Positions 63,701 through 64,000 of a stretch of 64,000 bases of DNA are shown in pieces. Below the pieces are notes generated by a model that was given only the letters and a program-made list of their open reading frames with translations, did no database searches and had not been told where the DNA came from. Every line of letters begins with the position of its first letter. The first letter of the stretch is position 1. The DNA is taken from positions 124,001 through 188,000 of the forward strand of contig JAUCBJ010007955.1 in NCBI GenBank assembly GCA_032718475.1, written 5' to 3'. A program made the translations under genes and the position numbers. Origin of the DNA: Nemertoderma westbladi. Lineage: Eukaryota; Animalia; Xenacoelomorpha.

Positions 63701-64000
63701 ATGTCCCGAGAGCCGACGATATCGCAGGAACCAATCACATCATACGACGCCTCTTTCAAGATGGGTTCGGCCATGATTATTGCGGGTCCAAGTTCTTCCG
63801 GAAAAACAGTGCTGGTATCAAAAATTGTAAAAAATAAAAATTTAGTTTTTGATATAACCCCGAAGCGTGTATTATTCTTTTATGGCGCCACCCCACCCGA
63901 ATTCCCAGGTATAACACATCTATTCAAAGGTTTACCGCAAAAAATTAATTCTATTTTCCGCGAAAACGATCTAATTATTATAGACGACTTGTTAAGCGAA
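63701..64000 (+). CDS. DNA-packaging ATPase (A32/FtsK-HerA family), N-terminal 100 aa, runs off the window
   Basis: MIIAGPSSSGKT (Walker A), PKRVLFFYG, KGLP, LIIIDDL (Walker B). Confidence 0.92.
   Translation, partial: MSREPTISQEPITSYDASFKMGSAMIIAGPSSSGKTVLVSKIVKNKNLVFDITPKRVLFFYGATPPEFPGITHLFKGLPQKINSIFRENDLIIIDDLLSE

Larger units (their letters stand above)
54400..64000. mobile_element. Endogenous Polinton/Maverick (adintovirus-like) element, partial; left boundary uncertain, continues past the window
   Basis: Dense intronless AT-rich ORFs including protein-primed PolB, A32/FtsK-type ATPase and the conserved basic QxGGF protein. Confidence 0.9.

Overview
Repeat-dense eukaryotic (metazoan, probably invertebrate) genomic DNA. 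The one host gene I can assemble is a + strand class A GPCR with melatonin-receptor-like motifs: 7 in-phase coding exons at 7713-39821, N-terminal exon not located, introns packed with mobile DNA. Mobile DNA includes two decayed BEL/Pao LTR retrotransposons (the 15-kb copy at 22231-37225 has both LTRs, a 5-bp TSD, a clean ~7.3-kb internal inversion and an unexplained accessory ORF region), RTE and CRE/R2-type LINE fragments, SINEs, foldback MITEs, Helitron-like remnants, satellites and a Ngaro/DIRS tyrosine-recombinase retrotransposon. Two items stand out. (1) A 594-bp TSD-flanked insert at 48686-49279 carries two tandem minimal hammerhead ribozymes, and its empty site is visible at ~52910. 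(2) An endogenous Polinton/adintovirus-like element (~54.4 kb to window end) has pPolB, a packaging ATPase and a conserved basic GGF-motif protein. It also carries a TBP-like gene, a tandem PC4-like gene and an apparently inactive, possibly membrane-anchored dUTPase. All family assignments come from motif recognition by eye; no database searches were run.
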